Source: Scenedesmus sp. PABB004 (lineage: Eukaryota). Taken from it: 64,000 nt of DNA. Of this stretch, positions 47,734 to 59,470 are shown one piece after another (positions within the stretch are counted from its first letter, which is position 1; every line of letters starts with the position of its first letter). The notes under the pieces are model-generated. The model did not search any database and had not been told where the DNA came from. It worked only from the letters and a program-made list of their open reading frames with translations. The translations under genes were made by a program, and so were the position numbers. Location: NCBI GenBank assembly GCA_014905635.1, contig JABVCE010000002.1, positions 1,798,001 to 1,862,000 on the forward strand, in the 5' to 3' direction.

Positions 47734-48057
47734 GGTCAAACCGTCCCGCCCGGGGCGCGCACGCGCCGCTGCCTGCAGCCCGGAGGCCCCCGCGCGCTGA
47801 GGGCGGCGCCTGGGCTGCCGAGTGGGGCCAGCGCGTGCCCGCCGCGGGTGTGTGGGGGTGTAGGCGGTGTTACGACGCCGCGTGCCGCCCGCCCGCGGCG
47901 CGCCGCCTGCCCCCTGCCGGCCGAGGAGGCGGCGCCAGTGCTGTGCAACCGCAAGCGACCGCCAGGCAGGCCCGCGCAGCGATCCCGCGCCCGCACGCCC
48001 CGCGACAGCGCGCGGGCCTCCTACGCGCCTCCCGCGCCGCGCGTCGCCGCCAGCAGG
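47734..48057. repeat. 324-bp direct repeat, copy 2 (partner at 44413-44736)
   Basis: Direct alignment with 44413-44736. Confidence 0.95.
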
Positions 48058-48415
48058 GTTGGCGCGGGGCCGGCTGGCGCCAACCAAGGCTGCCGTCGCG
48101 GCCGCTCCATGTGCTATTGCCCGGGCCAGGCGCGCGCTGGTCGCCCGCTGGTGCACGCAGTCGCCCCTTCCTTTATTGCGCGCCGGCCGCACAGGCAGCC
48201 GCGCGCCAGCCGAGCGCGTCGCGACAGCAGCATGGTGCCCACGCACAGCACCACCGCGCAGGTGCCACGCCGCACGCAAGAGTCCTTATTCCATTGCGCC
48301 GCCCGCTCGCCACGCCCGCCGCCGTACGCGCCGCCGCGCGCAAGGCCGTCCGGCGGCGCCCGTCCCACCGTCATTTGATTTGGCTCCCCCGGCGCCCAGG
48401 CCGCGCCCCGGTCCA

Positions 48416-51400
48416 TCAGCTGCGCTGGCGCACCAGCGCGCCCGCGCGGCCGCCGGCCACCGCCGAGACAAAGCCGCCAGCGTCCAGCGTGCCCGCCTGC
48501 ACCTGGCCGACGAGGGACTCGATCGAGTGCGGCCGGGCGGGGCGGGGCAGCCCTGCGCGGCGCGGGCACGCGCGGCAGGTGCAGCGGGCATGGGCTGAGG
48601 GCGCGGTGCGCCCGGCCACCGCCCGGCCGCTGCAGCGCCGCGTGCAGGCTGGGCGTGCCCACCTGCCGCGAGCTCCTCCCCCGCCGCCACGTCCAGCGAG
48701 AGCACCGCCGAGCGCACAGCCGCGACAGCCGCGGCCGCGGCGGTCGCGGCGGCCTCGCAGATCGTGTGCGCGGCCTCGGCCGAGAGGTGGCACACCGCGG
48801 CGCACCTGCGCGGGGCGGCGGTGCGCGTCAGTGAGGTCGCGGGCGGCGTCGCGTGCGCGGCGAGGCCGGCGCCACCGACGCGCGCGCGCCGGTCCCTCAC
48901 CTGACCGCCTGGTGGCCGCCGCCGCCGCCGACGCGGTCCAGGCCGGCGCTGCTGCCGGCGCTGCCGGTGCTGCCGATGCTGCTGCTGCCGCGCTGCGCGC
49001 GGTCGGCGCAGTCCAGGCCGCCGCCGCCGTCGCTGCCGCTGCCGTCGCGCGCCGCGCCGCCGGGCAGCAGCTGGAACAGCGGGTTGTCGCAGGTGAAGCT
49101 GCAGCGCCCGTGCAGGCGGTGGCCCCGCGGCAGCGCCGCCGCCGGCTGCGGCGCAGCGCCGCGCGCACGCTCGAGCTGGCGCTGCTTGAGCCGGACTGTG
49201 ATGTTCACGCCCCCCGCCGCCGCCGGGCCGCTGCCACCGTCGCAGCCGCGGCAGGGCCGCCCGCAGCAGCGCGCGCCGCCGGCGCCGGCGCCGCTGTCGG
49301 CGCTGGCGCTGCTGGCGCCGCTGCTGCTGCTGGCGCGCCGGGGCGCGCGGCGCAGCTGGCCCGCAGCGGCGCCGCCGCCCTCGTCGTCGCTGGAGGCGCT
49401 CGCCACCGCGTGACGGCCGTGGTCGCGGTGCGCGTGCCGCGCGGCGGGGCTGCTGCTGCGGCTGCGCGCCGCGGCCCGCGCCCGCCGCCCGGCCGCGCCC
49501 GCCCGGCTGCCGTCCGCCGGCGCCGCTGCCTGTGCGGCGAGCTGCCTGGCAGCCTCGGCCCCCGCTGCCGCCCCCAGCAGCTGCTGGAGCTGCTGCGCGG
49601 CGCTCACGCCGGGCGACAGCAGGCCCAGCAGCGCCAGCAGGCCCCCGCCCCCCGCAGTGCCGGCCGCCTGCCGCGGCGACGCGTCGGCGGCCCTGCCTGC
49701 TGCCGCCGCGCCCAGCGCCGCCGCCGCGGCGCTCAGGCCCTCGGGCGTCTCCAGCAGGCCGGCGAGCAGCGGCAGCAGGACCGCCGCGGCGCCGCCACCG
49801 CCAGCCGCCGCCTGCAGCGCCTGCAGCTCCTGTCGCTGCGCCGCCTCTGCCGCCGCCGCCTGCTGGGCCGCCTGCGTGCTGCGGATGGCGTGCAGCAGCC
49901 CGCCGGCGTCGGGCAGCGGCGAGGTCTTCAGGTTGTGGCGGCTCGGCCCGGCGGGGATGGCCTGCCGGGCGGGCGCGCGGGCGGGGCGGGCGGGCGGGCG
50001 GGCGGCGGGTCAGGCGCGCGCGGCCGGCGGCGGCGCGGTCCGCGCCGCGTCCCGCAGCCCCCCCCCCCATAAGCGGTGCACGCGCGCGCGAGCCGGCCCA
50101 CCATGCGCGCGTCGGGCGGCAGCTGGTGGTAGACGCCAAACGCCCAGCGCAGCAGCGCGAGGCAGCGCTGGTGCGGCGTGAGGTCGGGCGCGCCGCGCAG
50201 CTCGTCCGCCAGCTCGCCGCCCTCGGGGCAGTGCACGATGCAGCGCAGCACAGACGGTATGATGTACTGCCCGAGCTCAACGCCACGCGCGGCGGCCGCG
50301 GCGGCCGCGGCCGCGGCGCCGCCGCCCGGCGCCGCGCTCGCGCGGCCCGGGGCCGCGGGCCGCGGCAGCGGCGCGCGCCGCCGGGCGCGCCCGCGCCCGG
50401 CGCGCTGCCCGGGCGCTTGCTGCTGGCGTAGAGCCCCGCCAGCGACTGGCGGCCCCAGCCGCTGACGCTGTCGGCGCGCGCGCTGCCGCCGCCGCCGCTG
50501 GCGGCCAGCCCGGCGGTGCTGCCCCAGTTGACGGTGCGCTGCGTGCTGGCCAGCGTGGCCGCGGGCGAGCCGCCCCCGCCGTAGAGCGGGCTGGCGGCCC
50601 CGGGGCGCTGCCAGCTGGCGCCATAGCTGCCCACGTAGGCCAGCCCCCGCTGGTGGCCCCCAGGCGGCGGCGCGGCGGCGCCGCCGCCCCAGCCAGGCGG
50701 GCTGCCGCCGCGCCCAGCCGCCACCGCCCAGCCGCAGGCCTGGCAGGCCTGCGGCTGGCAGCCGCAGGCCTGCCAGCCGGGCGCGGCGCCGCCTGCGCCC
50801 TGCGGCGGCGCGCTGGCGGGGCGCTGGCCGGTGTGGTGCCGGCCGCTGCCCGCCAGGCGCGCCGTCACGGCGTCAGTCAGCGCGCCGAGGTCGACGGCGG
50901 GCTCCCGGGACAGGAAGCCGCCCGTGGCGGCGGGCCGCGCCGCGGGGCGCGCCGCGGGGCGCGCCGTGCCGCGCCGGCCGCCCGCATTTGCGTTCGGGGT
51001 CGCGTGCGCGGGCGCGGGCGCCTCGTCGCCCGTGTGGCCTGCGTCGGGGTCCTCCTCCTCCTCGCCCCCCGACTCGAGCTCGTCGTCGGCCTCACCAGCG
51101 CTGAGCGCGGCCGCGCCCTGTCCGCGCGCGCCGGCCGCGCCGCCGCGCTCAGAGAGCTGAGCGAAGAAGCCAGCGGCCGCCGCCCCCTGCTGCTCCTCGT
51201 CCTCACCGCCCTCCACGCCATCCGCCTGCTCCTCCTCCTGCGCCCTGGCGAGCGCCTGCTGCCGCGCGGAGCGGCCGGCGGCGGCCTGCGCCGCCGCCGC
51301 CGCCAGCGCCGCGGGGGCGCCGCCGCGCGCGGGCCGTCCCCCCGCCACCACAGCGCCGGCGCCGCTCGCACGCCGCGCGCCGGGCTGCGGCGGCGCCGCC

Positions 51401-53829
51401 CGCTGCGACGGCGGCCTGCCGCCGAGCTTGGACAGCCGCAGCGGCGGCGGGGGCGGCGGCGGCGGCGCGGGCCCGCGCGGCGGGTGGCCGCCGGCCTGTG
51501 GCTGCACGTCCGCCTCCGCCTCGGCCGCCTCGTAGATGGTGCCCAGGGCGCCGCCGCCCGCCGAGCCCGGGCGCGTCAGCTGCCCCGACCCGGAGCGGGG
51601 GCTGCTGCCGCCGGAGCGGCCGCCGCCCGCCGCCCCGGTCCCCGCCCACGCGAGCGACTCGTCGCTGGCGCCACCGAGCGAGCTCGGCCGGCGCGGCAGG
51701 GCGGCCGCGCCGCCGCCAGAGCTGCCCGCGTGGGCACCGGACGCGCCGCTCCAGGTGCGCCGCAGCCCGTGCGCCGCCCTGCCGCCGCCGCCGCCGCCGC
51801 CGGGGCTGCCGCCGGGGCTGCTGCTGGCGAGGCCGCCGCGCGCACCGCGCCTGCCCCCGCCGCTGCTCGCCGCGCGGCGCGCGGCCGCCTGCGCGGGCAG
51901 CGGGTCCGCTGCCAGCTCCAGGTGGTGGTCTGGCGACTCCTCATCCCACTCCTCGTCCCACTCCTCGGGCGAGGCAAAGTGGTCGCGCCGGCCGCCGCCA
52001 AAGGAGGAGGCGGCGCTGGCGGGCGAGAAGGTGCGGCCCGGCGGCTCGGGCGGCTCCGCGTCGCCCGCCGCGCCGTCCTCGTCCGCCTCGGCCGCCGCGT
52101 CGGCCGCCATGCCCGCGGCCGCCTCGTCGTCCCACAGCAGAATGGGCACCCTGCGGAGCGCGTGCGAGCGGCGGGTGAGCGGCGGCGGGTGAGCGGCGGC
52201 GGACGCGCCGGCGGCACCGCCGCGGGGCGCGGCCGCGCCGGCGACGCGCCTGGTCGCGGCGCGCGCGATCTCGACAAACCACTCCTGGCTGTCCTCCTTG
52301 TCGGCGCCCTGAAACACCCACTCCTTGCCGCCCACCTGCGCGCGCCGCGCCGGCGGGGGTTAACGCGGGCAGGCGCGGCGGCCGGCTCGGCCGGCGCACG
52401 CCGCGGCGCGGCGGCGCGGCGCGGCGCGCACGTCGAGGTGGATGGTGCCTCGCGCGTCGTCGAAGCGCGGCGTCGCCTCCTCCAGGCTGATGGCAGTCGA
52501 AGGGAAGACGGAGACCCGGCCGGGCAGCACGTAGAGCTTGCGGGGCGTGAGGATCTGCGGCGCCCGCCGGCGGCGCGCGCGCACGAGCGTGAGGCCGGGG
52601 CCGGCGCCGCGGGGGCGCGCGGGCGCGCCGCCGCGCCGAGCCGCGCCCGCCCGTCCCGCCGTCGGCAGCGCCCGCCCGCCCGCCCGCCGCCCGCCCGCCC
52701 GCCCCCGCCCGCCCGCCCGCCCGCCCGCCCCGCCCGCCCGCCCGCCCGCCCGCCCGCCCGCCCGCCCGCCCGCCCGCCGCCGCCCGCCCGCCCGCCCGCC
52801 CGCCCGCCCGCCGCCCGCCCGCCCGCCCGCCCGCCCGCCGCCCGCCCGCCTGCCCGGCCGGGCGGCCGCGCACCGCGTAGCGATCCCCGAACAGCGCGCC
52901 CGCCTTGCCGCGCTTGCGCAGCGGTCCCTTCTTGAGCACTGAGCGCTGGAAGCGCGCCACGTCGAGCGTGCCGGCCGCGAGGTCGGCCGCGGCGGTGCGG
53001 AAGACGCGGCACTCCTCGCCGCCCTGGAACTGAACAAAGTACCTGCGGCGGCACGGGGCGGTGCGCGGGGCGCGGCGGGCGGGGGTGAGGCGGGGTGATG
53101 CGGGCGCCGCGCGCCGGCGAGACGCGCGCGGCGCGCGGCGCGCCATGCGGCGCGCGCGAGTGCGCGCGCGCGGCGCGCACTTGCGGTCGTCGCGGCAGGA
53201 GACGAGCACGCTGCGCGGCTCGGCGTCGTCAAACACGATTTGGTTGATCGCGTCGAACCGCAGGAACACGCGCACGCTGCCCTTCTGGATCTGATCAGCG
53301 GCGGGCGGTGGCGGCAGGCGGCCGCGGGAGCGGCGGGCGGGTCGGCGGCGCGGCGGCGGCGGCGCAGGGCTCGTGCGTGGCGGTGGCGCCGCGGGGCGGG
53401 GCTGCGGCGCGCCCGGCCTGCCGGCGCAGGAGGCGCGGGGCGCTGCCGCGGGCGCGGCGCGGCGCGTGCGCGCGGCCGCGCGCACGAGCTTGAGCGCGGG
53501 CGCCGCGACGTCGAGGTGCAGGATGCGCTGCTCCACGCGCGTGTGCCGTCGGTCGCCGACGAGCTGCACCTCCACGCTGCGGGCGGGGGCGGCGGCGCAC
53601 GCGTGTCGGCGGGCAGCGCCGCGCGCCGCCGCCGCCGCCGGGCGCGGGCCATGCCATCGGCCACCCACGCGCCGCGCGGCGGCGTGCGCCGTGCCCGGCC
53701 GGCGCCGCGGGGCGGCCGCGGCGAGGGCAGCGGGGCCGGGCAGCGGGGTCGGGCAGCGGGGCCTCACCCAAACGTAAAGTAGTAGTGAGCGGTCAGCCCC
53801 CGCGGCGGCGGCCGCTCGCCGTGCATCAT
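48416..53829 (-). CDS. Large multi-exon protein with N-terminal PH-like domain(s) and long disordered regions
   Basis: MMHGERPPPRGLTAHYYFTFG|...EQRILHLDV..., then SVLKKGPLRKRGK...DRYA|ILTPRKLYVL...AISLEE...|VGGKEWVFQGADKEDSQEWFVEIARA, a classic PH pattern. Later exons include SSGSTSYRLCCAASC... and ...LVRQRS*. The middle and 3' exon structure is uncertain. Confidence 0.65.
52670..52850. repeat. (CCCG)n / (GGGC)n imperfect microsatellite in an intron
   Basis: About 180 bp of cgcc/ccgc units between PH-gene exons. Confidence 0.9.
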
Positions 53830-54596
53830 GCTGCCGCCGCGCCTGTCCCGGGGAGCCGGGGGGCTACCAGGGGCCGCCGGCCGCCTGGCGGGGGCTACCA
53901 GGGGCCGCCGGCCGCCCGCGGGGCCGGCGCGGGCCGCACAGCAGCGGACGCCAGCCCGCCGCCGCGCCGCGCGGCGCGCCGGCGCGGCGCCGCGCCGCTT
54001 GGCCCGGCCCGCCGCGTAGTTCGGTCGCGGCGCGTGTCCGGGTGGCGTGGAGCCCGCTGTCAGGGCGCGCCGGGCGCGGGGCGGGCGGCGTCGGGCGCCT
54101 GCGGGCGCGGGCGCGCTGCGCAGTCGGTGCGAGGAGCAGGCGTCGGCGCGGCGTCCCGTGAGAGCGGAGTGAGAGCGGGAGACGCCGGGCGGCGCGGGCC
54201 AACGGGCGCGTGGGCTATGCGAGCGGCCGCGAGGGTCAGCTCGGGGAGCGCCCGAGCTGTAGCAGGCAGCGCGGCAGGCGCGCCACCGGGCCGCGCCCGG
54301 AACGAGCCAAACAGCACGTTCGGGGCGGCGCCGGCAGCCGCGCCGGCCGCTGGGGCCGGCGGCGAGACCAGCGCGCGCGGGCTCTCGCTGCCCTGCCGGC
54401 GCCGGCTCACCTGCGTCCTCGTGGCCTGCGGCGCCCTGTTCACTTGGGACCCTTGAGGTTGCCCTCCCTGCGGCGGCGGACGACGCGGGCGTCGCCGCGC
54501 AGCCGTCGGCGATCGGCAGCGCTCGCCGCCGCGCCGCGCCGACCGCCTTGCCTCAACTTGCGGCGGCGCGCCCTGCAGGCCGTTCCCACGAATCTC

Positions 54597-54973
54597 TCAC
54601 CGCGCCAGCTCCTGCAGCAGCTCTCGCTGCCGCGTGGCGTTTTCCAGCTGCGTCTCGGCCAAGCGCACGAGCAGCGCGACCTCTTCTGTGTCGTTGGCGC
54701 GCCGCCCCGCCTCAAACTCTTCCCGCGCGCGTCGCGCGATGAAGCGCCGCCTGCGGCGTCCGTGATCGGCGGGGAGGCACGTGCCGTCGCTGCTGCAGTC
54801 GCCAGGCGTGGCGTGGCGAGCGCCGGTGCAGCGGCGCCGGGCGCTGCTGCCCCCGCCGCCGCGAGCCGCGCCGCTCGCCGATTCTCCGTGGGCATCATCC
54901 TGCCCTGGCGCAGCAGGGCGCGGTAAAGACCCAGCACATGCGCGCGCGCAGCCGCGGCGGCGCCGCCGGGCAT
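54597..54973 (-). CDS. LYR-motif (Complex1_LYR) mitochondrial protein
   Basis: AHVLGLYRALLRQGRMMPTENRR|RFIARRAREEFEAGRRANDTEEVALLVRLAETQLE shows the LYR motif and the downstream REEF. Confidence 0.85.
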
Positions 54974-55151
54974 CGCGGCGGCGGCAGCGGGAGCGGCTCG
55001 CCGGCTCGCGGAAACGGCGGAGCTGGCTCTGGGCAGGGGGGCTGGCTCTGTGCGCGGGCGGACTGCGCTGCGCGGGACTGCCGCCGACCGTCAGCGCGGC
55101 GTCAAAAGCCGTTGAACCCCGGCGTTGCACCCCGCCGCGCCGCGCCCGGCG

Positions 55152-58100
55152 TCAGTGCAGCAGGTCCCAGCCGTGCATGGTGTCGTGCATGAGCGACTGG
55201 AGGTGCGTGTCAAACACAAAGGGCTCGACGTTGAGCTCCAGCGCCGACACGGGGTGCTCGACCTCAAACGCCGACAGCACCTCCGGGTGCACCACGCCAA
55301 ACACGCCCACGGGGCGCCCCCGCGCGGTGACTGTCGCGGCGCGGCCGGGGAAGAAGCTCGGGTGGTCGGCCGCCGCCCAGCTGTAGCCGCCGCCGAGCTT
55401 GGCCTCCAGCGCGGGGTTGCTGCCTGCGGCGCCGCGGCGGCGCGGGCGCCCGTGAGCGCGCACGCGAGCGCGCACGCTGGCGCACCCGCCGCGCCTGCGG
55501 CCCCCTGCCCCGCCCCGCGCGCGCCCTCGCCGGCGGCGGCGCACCCTCGAGCGGGACGCTGAGCACCTCCATCACGCGGTTCAGCAGACCGTGGATGACC
55601 TCAAACTCGGCGGCCTTGCCGCAGTGCACCGCGACGAGCCGCCGCTCGTTGCGCGCGCCGACGTCGCGGCTGCCGTCCAGCAGCACGACGTCGCTCAGCT
55701 CAAACAGGCGCAGCGGCAGCGGCTCGGCCTTGTTCGCGGCGATGGTTTTGAGCGCGCTCGGCAGCAGCGTCGTGCGGCAGACCTGCGCGCGCGGCGCGCG
55801 CGCGTGAGGCCGCGCGCGGGCGCGCCCGCCAGCCCCGCCCCGCCCCGCCCCCGGCCCGCCGCGCCGCAGCCGCCCCGCGCCGGCGCACCTCAAACTCGGC
55901 GGTCTGCGGGTTGCCGATCGCGACCGCGCCCGCGCCGGGGGCGGGCTCAGGGCAGCGCATCGCGTCAAAGTTCTCAGCGCGCGAGCACAGCGCCCTGCCG
56001 CGCGGGGCGCGGCGGCGCTGAGTGGGCGGCGGCGCTGAGCGGGCGGCGCGGCCGGCGCGCGGCGCTGTGCCCCCGCGCGCCGCGCCGCGCCGCGCGGCCG
56101 GGCGCTTGCTGCGCGCCCCGCCGGCGCACCAGGTGAGGACCTCGGTGAAGCCCGCCAGCGCCACCTCCTGCCGCAGCAGCTCGCACAGCTGGTTCAGCGG
56201 CAGCTCCCGCCCTTGCGTCACCGTCGGCGGCACCTGCGGACGCGGCGGCAGCGGCGGCGGCGGCGCGCGCGCTCGGCGGCCGCGCGGCGCAGGCGAGCGG
56301 CGCCGGCCGCGCGCGCGTCCGCGCGGGGCGCTGCGCCCCCGCGTTGCGCCCCGGCCCGGCAGCAGCGCGCGTGTGCGCTGTGTTAACGCGCCTGCTTGGA
56401 GAGGTTGTTGTAGCCATAGGCGATCGCCACGTCCTCCATGACGTCGCACGCGTGCAGCACGTCGCTGCGCGTCGGCGGCACGCTCACGCGCAGCGCAGCG
56501 CCGCCGTCGCCGCCCGGCGCGGGCACGGGCTCTGCGGCGAGCTGCATGCCGGTCAGGAGCTCCGCCACCTGCGGGGCGGCCGGCGCCGTTCGGGGCGGCG
56601 GTGACGTGCCCGTCGCCGCTGAAATTTCTGAAATTTCAGACATGCTGAAATTTCTGAAATTTCTGGCATTTCTGACATTTCTGCGCTGGCCAGCGCCTCA
56701 TTTCAGGCATACTGCTGCGCCGCCTCCCCAGGCGCAGCGGCAGCGACAGCGGCGGCAGCGGCAAAGAGGCGGGCGGCGTGGCAGCGCGTGCAGCACGCGC
56801 GTCGCGAGCACGCCGCGGGCCGCCGCCGCCGCCGCCGCCGCGCACCTCGTCCGCGCCGAGGCTGAGCCCCAGGCGCGAGTTGATGTAGTCTAACGGCACC
56901 TCCAGGCTGCGCGGCGCGAGGTCCGGGTACACTGCGGAGGTGGCACGGCGGCACGGCGCGGCGCACGGGTCAAGGGCGCCAGCTCGCTCACCCGCCGTCG
57001 GCGGGACACATGGTGCACGCGTGCGCGTGCGCGGCGCGGCGGCGCGGTGCGACCGCCGCGGCGCAGCGCGAGCGCGCGGCCGCACCGTGGCTCTCGCCAA
57101 AGGAGTCGATGACCTCGACCGGCTCCACCTCGTATGGCGCCGCGCAGTACTCGCTGAACATGGCCGCCACGGTGTTGAGCACGACCTTGGCCTTGGTGAG
57201 GTCGGTCGCGGTGCACTCGATGAGCACGTCGCGCGTGGACAGCGAGATCTGAGGGTCGAGCAGCGCGGCGGGAGCGGCGGGCCCCGTGAGCGCGGGGCCG
57301 CGAGCGCGGCGCGCGCGGCGGCGTGCGGCGCGGCGGCGTGGCGAGCGCGGCGGGCGCGGCGCGCACCGCGGTCGCGGCGCCGTTGATGATGGGCGGCAGC
57401 GAGAGCAGCGTGCGGTCGGCGTCGTAGATGGCCGGGAACACGAGGCTGCCCTGCAGCAGGGGCACAAACTTCTTGAGCTTCTGGTCGTGCGCCAGGTAGT
57501 GCTGCGCGCGCGCGCGCGCGGGGCCAGGCGGGCGGCGGCGGCACGGGCGCGGCGGGGAGGCGAGTCGGCGCGGGCGCGGCGGGCGGTGCGGGCGCCGGCG
57601 GGCGAGGCGAGCCGGCGCGGGCGCGGCGGGCGAGAGGCGAGCGCGGCGGGCGAGAGGCGAGCGCGGCGGGCGAGGCGGGGGGAGGCGGGCAGGCCAAGCA
57701 GCCGCACCTCCATGAGCTCGTCGGCCCTGAACTTGGCCGTCTGCTTGAGCGGCACAAAGCTGATGTCCGCCGGCGGCAGCGCCTCGTACGTGAACGGGCC
57801 GCGGCACTTGGCGAGGTCGTGCGTGCCGATTGCGACGAGGCTGCGCTGGCGGCACAGGTTCTGGTGCAGCTTGTCCTGCGAGCGCGGCGACGGCGGCGGC
57901 GGCGCGGGGTGGGGTGGGGCGGCGGCCCTCCCGGCAGCGCTCTCGCGCGCGTGAGGGCCGCGCTCCCCGCCCTCCGCTGCCCACGCACTGCCTCCGCCTG
58001 CGCCGCGCGCGCGCGCTGCGGCAGCCCGCCCCGGCCCGCCCCCCGCCGCCGCCGCGGCGCGCGCCTGCAGGTCGATGAAGCTGTTGTACCGCGCCGCATC

Positions 58101-59120
58101 AAACGTCACGCCGCGCAGCACCGCGGCGACCACGTACGGCCGGATGAGGGCGGTCTCGGGCTTCACCACCAGCTGCAGCAGCGGCTTGCCTGGCGCGGCG
58201 TGGCAGGGGCGGCGGCGGGGCCGTCGGCGCGCGCCGCGCTGGGCCGGCGGCCGCGCCGCGCCGCCCCGCCCCGGGTCGGCGACCCAGCCCCGCGCCCGCG
58301 CCCGCGGCGTGCCCCGCCGCGCCGCGCACCGCGCATGTCGGCGAGGGCGTAGGCCGGCGGCGGCAGTCGGCGCTTGAACACGTTGAGCGCGCGCGCGATG
58401 CCCTCGAGGCAGAGCATGTCGTAGCGGTTGGCGGGGATGTCGATCTTGTAAATCACGTCCTCGCTCGCCCCCGCGACCTGGGGAGGCGGGAGGCAGGAGC
58501 CCGCGGCGGCGCGGTTGGAGGTGCGGCGCGGTTGGAGCGCCGGCGCTGGCCGCCGGCCCGGCGGGTCGCCGCGGCGCCAAGCGGGGGCGCGCCGACGGGA
58601 GGGAGGGCGGGAGGGCGCGTGCGGCCACCTGGCTGTGGTCGGCGCCGTCCTTGGCCTTGTCGCCGAGCAGTTCCTTGCGCATCATCTCCTTCTCAGACGT
58701 CTGCGGCAGCGCGAGCAGCGGCAGCGGCCGCGGCGCCGGCTCTGTGGCCGCGCCGGCCGCGCACCGCGGACCCAGGTCCAGGCCAGAGATCTCCAGCCCT
58801 GGCGCGCAGCTGGGTGCCGGCGGGCCGCACGGCGGCGCCCGCCGCAGCCGCCGCATCAACCGCTGCCGCTGCCGCTGCGTGCAGCCGCCGGCCCCGCGCG
58901 CGCACCACGTCATCGAGCTCGATGCCGTACTCGAAGCAGAGCTGGTCAAACTCCTCATCCGCTGCGGGCGCGCGCGGGCGTGCGGTGGGCGGTGGCCAAT
59001 CTGCAATCTGCTGCTGCTCCCGCCCCCGCGCCCGTGCCGCGCCCAATTGCGGCGCCACGCACTGTACTTGCGCCCCAGCGTCTCGAACAGCCGGTCCCGG
59101 TTCACGCCGACGATGGGCAT
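55152..59120 (-). CDS. FARSB: Phenylalanine--tRNA ligase beta subunit (cytosolic type)
   Basis: [134 protein letters not shown] and [11 protein letters not shown]. Confidence 0.97.
56618..56683. repeat. AT-rich 9-bp minisatellite (CTGAAATTT)n with an internal palindrome, in a PheRS-beta intron
   Basis: gctgaaatttctgaaatttcagacatgctgaaatttctgaaatttctggcatttctgacatttctg. Confidence 0.85.
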
Positions 59121-59470
59121 GGCGTCTGCCGCCGCGCCGGCGGCGCGCTGCTCGGCGGCTGCTCCTCCTGCCGCGCGCTCGGGGGCGAGGGCTTCTCTCA
59201 CGGTCTGTGCGTGAGATCGGTGTGCGAGGGGCATTCGCGCCTGCCGCCGCGCCGCTGCGGTTTGGCGGCGCGACGAGCGACGGGCGCGGCAGCGGCGGCA
59301 CTGCTCCCGCGCCGCCGCCCGCAGCCGCCGGCACTCCCCCTCGCAGCGCCGCCCGCGCCAGGCGCCAGGCGCGGCACCGCAGGCCTCCGCGGGCGGGCGA
59401 CGTGGATCGCGCGGGCGCCGCCGCCGCGCGCTGCCGCCGGCGCCCGCCGCGTCCCTCGCGCCGGCGCGCG

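Noticed and set aside
53861..54450. Possible extra gene between the PH and LYR genes (GT donor at ~54410, 25-bp tandem duplication at 53861-53916)
   Set aside because: No convincing start or coding signal. It is more likely a 5' UTR exon/intron of the PH gene.
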